Shown: positions 53,137 to 62,357, numbered from the stretch's first letter. The stretch is 64,000 nt of DNA from Clostridia bacterium (GCA_017516445.1 JAFXCZ010000008.1:1193-65192), one strand, 5' to 3'. Made by a program: numbers and translations. The notes: generated by a model not told the origin, from the sequence alone.

Positions 53137-53862
53137 ATGAACAAAACCTTTGAAAAAGAATACACACTTCGCGCAGGGGATTTTGATAAATTCAACCGTA
53201 TAAAGCCGTCGGCTGTGCTTGATTTATTTCAAGACGCAGCAGGTAGACACGCCGAGGAATTAGGTGTAGGCTTTATTGATATGCTAAACAGAAACTATTT
53301 ATGGGTGCTGACACGCATTAAATTCGAGGTATTATCCGCTCCCGAACGGTACGAGCAAATAAAGGTTAAAACATGGCCGCTTGCACCTAACCGCCTTAGC
53401 TACCGCAGAGAATACTGCATCACTGACCAAAACGGCAAAAAGCTTATTATAGGTAGCTCTGACTGGGTTGTAATTGACAGCGAAAAGCGAAAGTTTTTAA
53501 GCGTTCCCGATTTATACCCCTTTACAGAGGGCTTTAATGATGAAATGATGTTCCCCGAAAAGCTTGGCAAAATACACGACTTTGAAGCCGAAAATACCCA
53601 CTACACCGTAAACGCAGGGTTTAGCGACCTTGACACTAACGACCACGTAAATAATACAAAATACGCAAATTTTGTTATGGATGCCATAAACCCAAAGGAA
53701 AACGAAATATTAAAGGTTTTTCAGATTGATTACCGCAAGGAAGTAACGCAGGGTACTACCCTTAATATCCACACCTTAAAAGCTGAAAACGGTATTTTAG
53801 CTAAAGGTACGAATACCCAAGGCGACATAATGTTCGCCTGTAAAATAGAGCTTGAACAATAG
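53137..53862 (+). CDS. acyl-[acyl-carrier-protein] thioesterase
   Basis: Double hot-dog layout, with YLWVLTRIKFEV and DLDTNDHVNNTKY motifs. ATG at 53137 follows GGAGAA. Confidence 0.85.
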   Translation: MNKTFEKEYTLRAGDFDKFNRIKPSAVLDLFQDAAGRHAEELGVGFIDMLNRNYLWVLTRIKFEVLSAPERYEQIKVKTWPLAPNRLSYRREYCITDQNGKKLIIGSSDWVVIDSEKRKFLSVPDLYPFTEGFNDEMMFPEKLGKIHDFEAENTHYTVNAGFSDLDTNDHVNNTKYANFVMDAINPKENEILKVFQIDYRKEVTQGTTLNIHTLKAENGILAKGTNTQGDIMFACKIELEQ

Positions 53863-53865
53863 CAA

Positions 53866-53900
53866 AACGGCAAGGATTTCTCCTTGCCGTTTAATTTTTC
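53866..53900. terminator. bidirectional terminator
   Basis: AACGGCAAGGA / TCCTTGCCGTT with a 4-nt loop, followed by TAATTTTT. Confidence 0.7.
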
Positions 53901-53903
53901 TGC

Positions 53904-56150
53904 TTAAGATTTTATCTTAGGCTTTACAGTGTAAAAACTATAGGTTGAAGTTCCGCTGTATTTTTTAGCAGAGCGCCAATGTGCTGTAACCTCGTAAATA
54001 TAGTTTCCATCCTTTAACTTAAAAAAGAAATTACCGTTAACTATATTAACCTTAATTTCTTCGCTTTTGGCACCAGCATTTCCCCAACAACTTTCATCCC
54101 AACAATGCACATATACCTCATCGGGTAACATTGTTCGAACTGATTTTGTGTTTTTAACATTAAACTGTATTCTCGCACTTAAGGGGTCATCGTATGAAAA
54201 TTGTGTCGGCACTATATCCAATACTGGCATAAATTTCTTTGCCTGTAACGGATGCATACTGTCAGCAACGGTAGTAACCGCCTTACCGTTATCGGCTTCA
54301 TAGGTCCAATCGGTTGTACCCTGCAAAGCAGTAATACCGATATCGTCACTTACCACCACCATTTCGGGTGCTTCCTTTATAACCTCATCCCTTATAACTT
54401 CTTCGGTGATTGTTTCTTGGGTTTCCCGCATTTTAAACAGCCAACGAAAATCACTTGTGACTGTGCCACTTTGCGCAATATAAATATCCCCGTTTTTCTG
54501 CTCTAACAAATAATACATTCTACCCTTTAAATCGAAGGCTGAAAAGGCTTCGAGGTTATTTTCTCTAATTTTGCTTGCAGAATATCCGTTATCCCAGATT
54601 TCATTTGTAAATAACTCGTCAAAATTTGCTTTTTCAAGCTTAATTCTCTGTAGATAATCAATCCGCTCCCAAGAATTTGAAGAAGCGTCAAGTTTTGAAA
54701 ACGCCATTTGAGGTTTTGAAATCACAAACTGCGGAATATTATCTTCAGTAATAATTAACGAATAACTGCCGTTTTCGTATACAACCTTTTCGCCCGCGTA
54801 CTGCTTACCCACAAAGGAATAGGTTTCATTGATAGAAAAGCTTACACTCGCTTTATATTTTTGCTCTGGATTACTTGCTAAATAGAAGGTTTTCTCGAGC
54901 GTGTAAATTTGATTTTTTTTAAATTCGTAAGCAGACAAGTCATAATTTTCCGATTTGCTTTTGCCCGATTTTACAACACATAAAATACTATCAAAAGCAA
55001 TTTCGCTTTTCGGTTTTAAAATTTCATTGTCCTTATAAATAAGATACTGCGTCCCAAAGCAAAGCTCATCATTAGTATTATTAGTCCACTTGACAAATAT
55101 GCTGGGTGTATCTGCTTCTAGGTCGCCGTATAAATACTCATATACAACATCATTACACTTAGCACCGACATTATAACAATTAACCGCATAGTTTTCTGCT
55201 TTTTTAGGCATAGTTTTAGGATTTGTCAAAAAGCAAACGCCCGCTATTATACTTAAAATTACTGCAACTGCTATAAGCCAAAATGCAGGCTTTTTATAAT
55301 TAAGCACCGCTTTAATTCTGTTTTTTACCCCAACCTCGCCAAAGGCTATCGGGCAAGCGGCAATCATACGGCGATTAATACTAAGACTTAAAAGTGCCGC
55401 GGAATAATCCGCTTTTTGCTCGGTATCCAGCTCTTTTATAACCCTTTCATCACAGGCAAGCTCTATATCGCGGCATAAGATGACATACCCAAGCCACACA
55501 AGAGGATTAAACCAATGAATTGAGAGAATAAAAAATCCGAGCGGTTTCCATAAATAATCTTTACGGTAAATATGCGACTGCTCGTGCGCAATAACGTGCT
55601 CTATATCCTGCCCACTCATATTAAACGGCAGATAAATTTTTGGGCTTATAATACCAAGCACAAAGGGCGAAGCCACATTCTCACTTTGAAAAATATTATC
55701 CTTATACAATACAGCGGTTTTTACTCTTTTCCTAAGCCTTAAATAGCTTATGGCAGTATATATTAAAAGTACCGCAATACCGATAAGCCAAGCTATTGCC
55801 AATATGGTTGTAATATCCAGAAAATGTCCCGTTGGTCTTGAAACGCCCTCAAAATAATACCCTTGCAAATAATCATTTACTTGATTATCTACAATCGTAA
55901 CACCGGATTCAAAATGCGGTCTTGGTGCATCGGGCACCATACTAATTGTTTCGGCACTTGGTATAAGACTCATTACACTCTCAATAGAAAACGGAAAAAC
56001 AAGCCGCGCACCGACAATTCCCCATAAAAATACATTTATCCATTTTGGTGCTTTTTTAAGTAATATTCGCAAAAGCAACACCGCAAGCACAATCCAGCCT
56101 GCCGAAATACTCATATTAACAACCTTAAGAAAGATATCTGCCATTGTCAT
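53904..56150 (-). CDS. BlaR1/MecR1-type M56 peptidase signal transducer with a roughly 440-aa non-PBP extracellular domain
   Basis: The N-terminal TM region carries HEQSHIYRKD (HExxH). A last TM lies near aa 290-310. The C-terminal domain lacks an SxxK/KTG penicillin-binding signature. ATGA overlap with the repressor gene. Confidence 0.85.
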   Translation of the reverse strand: MTMADIFLKVVNMSISAGWIVLAVLLLRILLKKAPKWINVFLWGIVGARLVFPFSIESVMSLIPSAETISMVPDAPRPHFESGVTIVDNQVNDYLQGYYFEGVSRPTGHFLDITTILAIAWLIGIAVLLIYTAISYLRLRKRVKTAVLYKDNIFQSENVASPFVLGIISPKIYLPFNMSGQDIEHVIAHEQSHIYRKDYLWKPLGFFILSIHWFNPLVWLGYVILCRDIELACDERVIKELDTEQKADYSAALLSLSINRRMIAACPIAFGEVGVKNRIKAVLNYKKPAFWLIAVAVILSIIAGVCFLTNPKTMPKKAENYAVNCYNVGAKCNDVVYEYLYGDLEADTPSIFVKWTNNTNDELCFGTQYLIYKDNEILKPKSEIAFDSILCVVKSGKSKSENYDLSAYEFKKNQIYTLEKTFYLASNPEQKYKASVSFSINETYSFVGKQYAGEKVVYENGSYSLIITEDNIPQFVISKPQMAFSKLDASSNSWERIDYLQRIKLEKANFDELFTNEIWDNGYSASKIRENNLEAFSAFDLKGRMYYLLEQKNGDIYIAQSGTVTSDFRWLFKMRETQETITEEVIRDEVIKEAPEMVVVSDDIGITALQGTTDWTYEADNGKAVTTVADSMHPLQAKKFMPVLDIVPTQFSYDDPLSARIQFNVKNTKSVRTMLPDEVYVHCWDESCWGNAGAKSEEIKVNIVNGNFFFKLKDGNYIYEVTAHWRSAKKYSGTSTYSFYTVKPKIKS

Positions 56151-56512
56151 TCCCCTTTCCTGTAGCGGTCTATCATATGCTGAACCTCATCAATTTCTTT
56201 TTGTGAGATTTTTTGGTGCTTTGTAAACGCCGCAATAAAGGCAGGCAGAGAGCCCTCAAAGGTCTTTTCTACCATTTCATTTATTTCTGCCGCTTGTACC
56301 TCATCCTTACTCACAAGCGAAGTGACAACAGTATTTTCGTTTTTTAATACACCGCGCTCGGACAAACGCTTAATAACGGTATATGTCGTCGTAGGCTTCC
56401 AGCCAAGCTGTTCCTTGCAAAGCTCCACAAGCTTACTGCTCTTAATAGGCTCATTTTCCCACAAAATTAGGCAAAAGCGGTATTCACTCTCAAACACTTT
56501 GGGTGTATTCAT
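56147..56512 (-). CDS. BlaI/MecI/CopY-family transcriptional repressor
   Basis: Winged-helix segment WKPTTTYTVIKRLSERGVL. ATG at 56512 follows AAAGGAAG; the track's GTG at 56548 lies inside the operator region. Confidence 0.9.
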   Translation of the reverse strand: MNTPKVFESEYRFCLILWENEPIKSSKLVELCKEQLGWKPTTTYTVIKRLSERGVLKNENTVVTSLVSKDEVQAAEINEMVEKTFEGSLPAFIAAFTKHQKISQKEIDEVQHMIDRYRKGE

Positions 56513-56527
56513 AATCTTTCTTCCTTT

Positions 56528-56581
56528 CTCTAATGCGTTAGAGTTCACTTGTACTCTAACATATTAGAGCGCAAATGTCAA
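56528..56581 (-). promoter_or_regulatory. two dyad operators plus the promoter of the blaI-blaR1-like operon
   Basis: CTCTAA-N4-TTAGAG occurs at 56528-56543 and 56554-56569. On the minus strand, TTGACA (56581-56576), a 17-nt spacer and TAGAGT (56558-56553) place the distal dyad across the spacer and the -10. Confidence 0.5.
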
Positions 56582-56599
56582 TATCTTCTCAACAAAAAA

Positions 56600-56628
56600 A
56601 TCCACCCGCAATTCAAATGCGAGTGGAT
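56600..56628 (-). terminator. intrinsic terminator after the yebC-like gene
   Basis: Minus strand ATCCACTCGCA / TGCGGGTGGAT followed by TTTTTTT. Confidence 0.65.
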
Positions 56629-56633
56629 ATTTA

Positions 56634-57365
56634 CTATTCTTCAGGCATTTCCCAGTTGTGCCAAACGGCTTGAACGTCATCATTTTCTTCAAGCATATCT
56701 ATAAGCTTTTCCATTTTCACAACCATATCAGCATCATCGATAGAAGACATTGTCTGCGGAACGTAAGCAACCTCTGCCGAAAGGAAGCTATATCCCTTTT
56801 CTTCAAGCGCATCTCTTACACTTCCTAAGGAATTTGGCTCTGTCGAGATTTCAAAAATTTCACCGTCAAACTCAAAATCCTCAGCGCCTGCTTCTAAAGC
56901 ATCCTCCATAACGGTGTCTTCCTCTAAGCCGTCGCCCTCAATCACTATCATACCCTTGCGGTCAAACATAAATGTAACCGAGCCCGATTGACCTAAGTTA
57001 CCGCCGCACTTATCAAAATAGTGACGCATTTCGCCTGCAGTACGGTTGCGGTTATCAGTAAGGGTCTCAACCACAACTGCTACACCGCAAGGGCCGTAGC
57101 CCTCATACACCAATTCCTCATAATTAGTGTTATCGCCCTCGCCTGCAGCCTTTTTAATAATTCTTTCAATATTATCATTAGGCACATTTGCAGCCTTTGC
57201 CTTTGCGATTACATCCTTTAGCTTGCTATTTTCGTTAGGGTTAGCACCGCCCTGCTTTACAACAACGGCAATCTCTCTGCCAATTTTGGTGAAAACCTTC
57301 GCCTTTGCGGCATCGGTCTTTTCCTTTTTACGTTTAATATTACTCCATTTACTATGTCCTGACAT
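56634..57365 (-). CDS. yebC: YebC/PmpR-family DNA-binding regulator
   Basis: The N-terminus MSGHSKWSNIKRKK is diagnostic. ATG at 57365 follows AAAGGAA. Confidence 0.9.
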   Translation of the reverse strand: MSGHSKWSNIKRKKEKTDAAKAKVFTKIGREIAVVVKQGGANPNENSKLKDVIAKAKAANVPNDNIERIIKKAAGEGDNTNYEELVYEGYGPCGVAVVVETLTDNRNRTAGEMRHYFDKCGGNLGQSGSVTFMFDRKGMIVIEGDGLEEDTVMEDALEAGAEDFEFDGEIFEISTEPNSLGSVRDALEEKGYSFLSAEVAYVPQTMSSIDDADMVVKMEKLIDMLEENDDVQAVWHNWEMPEE

Positions 57366-57395
57366 AATATCATTCCTTTCAACCAATAAATTCTA

Positions 57396-58364
57396 TCACA
57401 AATCCCTGTTTTGTTCAAGAGCAAATTCAATAATTCTGTGTATATCCTCAAGTGAAGCTATCTCACCGCACATTCTGCGGATATTAGCAGCACCCTTAAG
57501 TCCCGTCATATACCATGCGGTATGCTTGCGGGATTCAAGTATAGCAACACGCTCAGGCTTATACCTCTTCATAAGCTCTACCTGTTGCAGTAAAACCTCA
57601 AATTTTTCTTGAAGCGTTGGCGGTGTATAGGCTTTTCCGCCAAGATAAGCGTTAATTTCTTCAAACACAAAGGGGTTACCCTGTGCCGCTCTGCCTACCA
57701 TTACATAGTCACAGCCTGTTATTTCATAAACCTTTTTAGCGGTTTTACCGTCAACTATATCACCGTTAGCAACAACGGGGATTTTTACCGAATTTTTAAC
57801 CTTAGCTATAGTTTCATATTCAGCACTGGGCGCATACATCTGCTTGCGTGTTCTGCCGTGAACTGTTATCATCTTAGCACCTGCCGCCTCGCACCTTTTT
57901 GCAAGCTCGGGCGCATTGATGCTATCACTGTCCCACCCTGTACGCATTTTAACCGTAACAGGAATATCCACAGCATTTACTACCGCTTTTACAATGCTTT
58001 CAGCTAAGGCTACGTCACGCATAAGCGCACTGCCGCAAAGATTTCCTGCCACCTTAGGTGCAGGACAGCCCATATTTATATCAATAAAATCGGGACCGAA
58101 TTCGACCGCCCTTTTTGCCGCATCTGCCATAGTCTGAGGCTCGCGCCCGAAAAGCTGAGAAGCCGTAGGACGTTCATTTTGCGAACAAGCCAAAAGCTCA
58201 AAGGATTTTTTATCACCAAGTGACACACCCTTAGAGCTTGTAAGCTCACCCACAGTAAAGCCCGCACCGTAGCGCACACATATTTCTCTCATAGCCCTAT
58301 CAGCGACACCCGCCATTGGAGCCAGAGCAGCAAATCCATTAATTTCAATATTACCTATCTTCAT
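57396..58364 (-). CDS. dusB: tRNA-dihydrouridine synthase (DusB-like)
   Basis: Motifs LAPMAGVADRAMR, DINMGCPAPKV and HGRTR. ATG at 58364 has no SD but has a consensus promoter positioned for a leaderless transcript. Confidence 0.85.
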   Translation of the reverse strand: MKIGNIEINGFAALAPMAGVADRAMREICVRYGAGFTVGELTSSKGVSLGDKKSFELLACSQNERPTASQLFGREPQTMADAAKRAVEFGPDFIDINMGCPAPKVAGNLCGSALMRDVALAESIVKAVVNAVDIPVTVKMRTGWDSDSINAPELAKRCEAAGAKMITVHGRTRKQMYAPSAEYETIAKVKNSVKIPVVANGDIVDGKTAKKVYEITGCDYVMVGRAAQGNPFVFEEINAYLGGKAYTPPTLQEKFEVLLQQVELMKRYKPERVAILESRKHTAWYMTGLKGAANIRRMCGEIASLEDIHRIIEFALEQNRDL

Positions 58365-58460
58365 AACTTGAATTATACTTAAAAAAATGGGTAATGTCAA
58401 TTTATTTATAAATGTAAATAATATTGGGCAATACAGTTACATTTTTAAGCGTTTTATTTC

Positions 58461-58489
58461 TTGAAATTGAAAATACTGTGTGCTATAAT
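58461..58489 (+). promoter_or_regulatory. sigma-A-type promoter for the beta-helix gene pair
   Basis: TTGAAA (58461-58466), 17-nt spacer, TGC-TATAAT (58484-58489). Confidence 0.55.
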
Positions 58490-58568
58490 TCTAAAAAAGC
58501 AGTGAAAATCACCCGCTTTTTTGTGAAAAAAGCCATAATTTACACTCGAAAATAAGGGGAGATTTATT

Positions 58569-60011
58569 GTGAAAAACCCAAACGTAATTAATATTGATAT
58601 AACCGACGAATTAGCTGTTGCCAAGCTTCGCCCTGATTATGACAACACAAGAAAGGGCTATATGGAAACAGAGTCTGATGCTCTGCTTTTAAAAATTTTA
58701 AACACTCCTAATACCGAAGAGCTTTATGAAATTAAGGGCACAAAATATTATGTTTCGGTAGACGGCGATGATAATAACGACGGTAAATCTCCCGAGGCGC
58801 CTATAAAGACACTTGCCGCTATTCACGCACTCCCACTCCAAGATGGCGATGCAGTACTCTTCAAACGCGGCGATATCTTCCGCTTAGGAGATACGATAGA
58901 AGCAGTTGACGGTGTTACCTACGGCTCTTACGGGGAGGGCGCAAAGCCCCGTATTTTCGGCTCGCCCGAAAACTATGCCGAAAATGACAGTTGGGTAGAA
59001 GTAAAGCCTAATATTTGGGAGATTGATTTCGACTTCCCTTATGCCAGCGGCTGTACATTAGACTACGGCAAAATCAAAGGTGTTCAGAAAAGGTTTGAAC
59101 GCTTTGACGGTATGGCAGAAAACGGCGACTACTTTCACGATGAAGAAGCAAAGAAATTCTACCTTTACAGTGTTGGAAAGCCAAGTGATAAATGGCACGA
59201 TATCGAAATAATGCCTAATATCTGCATTTTCAGACTTCGTGATTCCAAGAACGTTACGGTAGATAATATATGTATGAAGTATACTTCATTCTTTGGCGTA
59301 CACGCACCCGATATAAAGAACAATATCAATATAACCAACTGTGAGTTTGGATACATAGGCGGTCGTTGGTCGGGTAAAGTGCGTATGGGTAACGCTGTTG
59401 AGCTTTGGGCAGGGCTTCCCGAGGTTTGCATTGAAGACGTTGTTATTAAAAACAACTGGTTTTATCAAACCTACGACAGCGCAGTTACTTGGCAAGGCCT
59501 ACCAAACGACTCTATTTACCGTAACATAACCTTTGCAGAAAATCTTTTTGAATACAATAATGCCGATATTGAATTCTGGGCGTTTACAGGCTGCACGGTA
59601 GAAAACTTTATTATGGATAAAAACATCTGCCGCTTTACCAGTATGGGTTGGGGTACACGTACAAATGACGGTGGTATCCGCGGTATTGAGGGCTGTATAA
59701 GCGCGGTTACAGGTCTTGTAGATATTGAATTGAATATTAAAAATATTCAATATACCGACAATATTCTTGACTGCCCTGCAAGACAGGTTATTAATTGGAA
59801 CTGGCGTCCCGAAAACAAACCCGAAATTCATATTAGCGGTAATAAATTTTATATAAAATCGGAATACCGCACCCTTGACGCTTGCCTGCAAGGACTTCAG
59901 TGGGATATTGAAACCGAGCCGCGCCATATAAGAACAGGCATTAATAAAGAAGACCTGATTAAAAATATTGCCCGCTTTGACAAGGATACCGAAATCCATT
60001 GGGATGAATAA
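58569..60011 (+). CDS. right-handed parallel beta-helix repeat protein (pectate-lyase-fold glycan-active enzyme candidate), no signal peptide
   Basis: GTG start after GGGGAG. YYVSVDGDDNNDGKSPEAPIKTL is the typical N-cap of beta-helix proteins. Periodic N/I/V-rich repeats (NITNCEF, IKNNWF, FAENLFEYNNADIEFW). Confidence 0.6.
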   Translation: MKNPNVINIDITDELAVAKLRPDYDNTRKGYMETESDALLLKILNTPNTEELYEIKGTKYYVSVDGDDNNDGKSPEAPIKTLAAIHALPLQDGDAVLFKRGDIFRLGDTIEAVDGVTYGSYGEGAKPRIFGSPENYAENDSWVEVKPNIWEIDFDFPYASGCTLDYGKIKGVQKRFERFDGMAENGDYFHDEEAKKFYLYSVGKPSDKWHDIEIMPNICIFRLRDSKNVTVDNICMKYTSFFGVHAPDIKNNINITNCEFGYIGGRWSGKVRMGNAVELWAGLPEVCIEDVVIKNNWFYQTYDSAVTWQGLPNDSIYRNITFAENLFEYNNADIEFWAFTGCTVENFIMDKNICRFTSMGWGTRTNDGGIRGIEGCISAVTGLVDIELNIKNIQYTDNILDCPARQVINWNWRPENKPEIHISGNKFYIKSEYRTLDACLQGLQWDIETEPRHIRTGINKEDLIKNIARFDKDTEIHWDE

Positions 60012-60035
60012 CTGTCTATATAAGGAGAAATTGCT

Positions 60036-61490
60036 ATGAAAAACCCAAATGTAATTAATATTGATATAACCGACGAGTTAGAGGTTGCAAAGCTTCGCCC
60101 CGATTACGGCACACCAAGAGTAGGCTATAGACAAGATGCCGCTGACGAGATGCTTGCAAAAATACTCGGCACACCTAATACCGAAGTGCTTTACGAAATT
60201 AAAGGAACAAAATACTATGTTTCTGTAGACGGTGATGATAAAAACAACGGTAAATCTCCCGAAGCGCCTATAAAGACACTTGCCGCTATTCACGCACTCC
60301 CACTTCAAGAAGGCGATGCGGTACTCTTTAAGCGTGGCGATATTTTCCGCTTAGGCGATACCATAGAAGCAGTTGACGGTGTTACCTACGGCTCTTACGG
60401 AGAGGGCGCAAAGCCCCGTATTTTCGGCTCGCCCGAAAACTATGCCGAAAACACCTCTTGGGTAGAGGTAAAGCCTAATATTTGGGCAATTGATTTTGAT
60501 TATCCGCTTGCAGGCGGCTGTATATTAGATCACAGTAAAATCATAGGCGTTCAAAAGTATTTTGACCGCTTTGACGGCATGGCAGAAAACGGCGACTACT
60601 TCCACGATGAAGAAGAAAAGAAGTTCTATCTTTACAGCGTTGGAAAACCGAATGAAACATGGCACGATATTGAAATTATGCCTAACACTTCCCTTTTCAT
60701 ACTTCGTGACTCACACCATGTAACCGTTGATAATTTATGCTTAAAATATACCGCTTCTTTCGGTGTTCACGCACCTGATATAAAAAATAATATTAACATC
60801 ACTAACTGTGAATTTGGCTTCACAGGCGGCCGCTATAACGGCGGTAAAACCGTACGCTTTGGTAACGCTATTGAATTTTGGGCAGGCTTCCCCGGAATGC
60901 ATATGTACGACGTTAAGGTTGAAAACAACTGGTTCTACCAAACCTACGACAGCGCAGTTACCTGGCAGTGCCATATGTATGATACTATTTATGAAAACTT
61001 CTCTTTCAGCAGAAACCTGTTTGAATATAACAATGCCGATATTGAGTTCTGGGGACTTACCGGCTGTGAGGTTATAAACTACCATATGGATGAAAACATA
61101 ATGCGCTTTACAAGTATGGGTTGGGGCACCCGTAGAAATGACGGCGGTATCCGCGGTATTGAGGGCTGTCTGCTTTCTACAACAGGCTATCAGGAAAGAT
61201 TGTTATTCATTGAAAAAATTTACTTCAGAAATAACATTATCGACTGCCCTGCTAGACAAATTATACATTGGAATACCCACCCAAGCGATAAAAAGAGAAT
61301 GGTTATTTCGGGCAATGAGGTGCACGTAAGAACCTCATACCGCACCTTAGAGCCGTTACTCCAAGGTCTTCAGGATAATCTCAGAAAAGAAGAGCGCAAT
61401 CAGTTTATTGCATATAATAAGGAAGAATTTTTTAAGCTCTATGAAGAAAAATTTGAAAGAAACGCAAAGCTTTTCTGGCACGAGGAATAA
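60036..61490 (+). CDS. paralogue of the preceding beta-helix protein
   Basis: Colinear with 58569-60011 over its full length. The first 24 aa differ at one position. AAGGAG SD. Confidence 0.6.
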   Translation: MKNPNVINIDITDELEVAKLRPDYGTPRVGYRQDAADEMLAKILGTPNTEVLYEIKGTKYYVSVDGDDKNNGKSPEAPIKTLAAIHALPLQEGDAVLFKRGDIFRLGDTIEAVDGVTYGSYGEGAKPRIFGSPENYAENTSWVEVKPNIWAIDFDYPLAGGCILDHSKIIGVQKYFDRFDGMAENGDYFHDEEEKKFYLYSVGKPNETWHDIEIMPNTSLFILRDSHHVTVDNLCLKYTASFGVHAPDIKNNINITNCEFGFTGGRYNGGKTVRFGNAIEFWAGFPGMHMYDVKVENNWFYQTYDSAVTWQCHMYDTIYENFSFSRNLFEYNNADIEFWGLTGCEVINYHMDENIMRFTSMGWGTRRNDGGIRGIEGCLLSTTGYQERLLFIEKIYFRNNIIDCPARQIIHWNTHPSDKKRMVISGNEVHVRTSYRTLEPLLQGLQDNLRKEERNQFIAYNKEEFFKLYEEKFERNAKLFWHEE

Positions 61491-61496
61491 AAATAT

Positions 61497-61530
61497 AAAA
61501 ACCGAGGATTACCTCGGTTTTATATTTTTA
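61497..61530. terminator. bidirectional terminator
   Basis: AAAACCGAGG / CCTCGGTTTT with a 4-nt loop, followed by ATATTTTT. Confidence 0.7.
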
Positions 61531-62113
61531 TAAGACACATTATTAATAAATATATACCTATTATATAGAGCGAAGCGTTTAATTTCCCTCCAATAGTCAA
61601 CAAAACCGCTGTTATTATCACCGCCAATGCAAAAATTGCGGTTATAAGTTTTACAATTAAAACCGCCCTATTTATATCGGTAAACTTGCAAAGCAATGAA
61701 AACAGTATTGTTCCGCCGTCAAGCCCCTTTACAGGTAACAGATTAAATACACCTATAAGCAAATTAAGCAAGGCAAAATACAAGGTAAACTCATTTTTAA
61801 AGCATAAATAGTTATAATAAAGCACCGAAAAAAGCAAAAGATTTACGCAAGGACCCGACAGCGCAATTAAAATATCATTTTTGTACCCGCGCGAAAAGGA
61901 ATTTACTATTTGCACGCTTGCGGGGATAAGCTTTATTTTTTTTGGTGTGCAGTCAAGCACCCACATTATAAATAAATGGCCGAATTCGTGCATAAGCACG
62001 GCAAAAAGTGTGGGAAGCATAAAGCCTGTTTTATCGGTAGCAAGCATAGCCGTTATAAAAGCCATAAATAAAAAGGATAAGTATATTTCGGTGCCGAAAA
62101 GCTTAAATTTCAC
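61520..62113 (-). CDS. peptidase M50 (site-2 protease family) membrane protein
   Basis: HEFGH in TM2, later NLLPVKGLDGG, and about 6 TM segments. Confidence 0.75.
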   Translation of the reverse strand: MKFKLFGTEIYLSFLFMAFITAMLATDKTGFMLPTLFAVLMHEFGHLFIMWVLDCTPKKIKLIPASVQIVNSFSRGYKNDILIALSGPCVNLLLFSVLYYNYLCFKNEFTLYFALLNLLIGVFNLLPVKGLDGGTILFSLLCKFTDINRAVLIVKLITAIFALAVIITAVLLTIGGKLNASLYIIGIYLLIMCLIKI

Positions 62114-62288
62114 CCTCTAAAACCTCGCTGACATTTGTATCCGCCATAATCTCTTGCTTGTAAAAGGTTTCAATTTTTTGAAATGTACCTTTGAAGAAAT
62201 ATTTTATAACCAAAACGCTTGCAAGAATAATTAACACACAAATGCTCTGGACTATGACCGTTTTATAAAACCACTCAAAAAATGTCAT
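62103..62288 (-). CDS. small membrane protein (61 aa), translationally coupled to the M50 gene
   Basis: One TM helix (VIVQSICVLIILASVLVI). Its last 11 nt overlap the M50 start. Confidence 0.4.
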   Translation of the reverse strand: MTFFEWFYKTVIVQSICVLIILASVLVIKYFFKGTFQKIETFYKQEIMADTNVSEVLEGEI

Positions 62289-62357
62289 TTATAATACTCC
62301 TTGTTAAAGTAAAAAAATTATGCTATACTTATGTATATAAGTTTTTAAGGTGATTTT

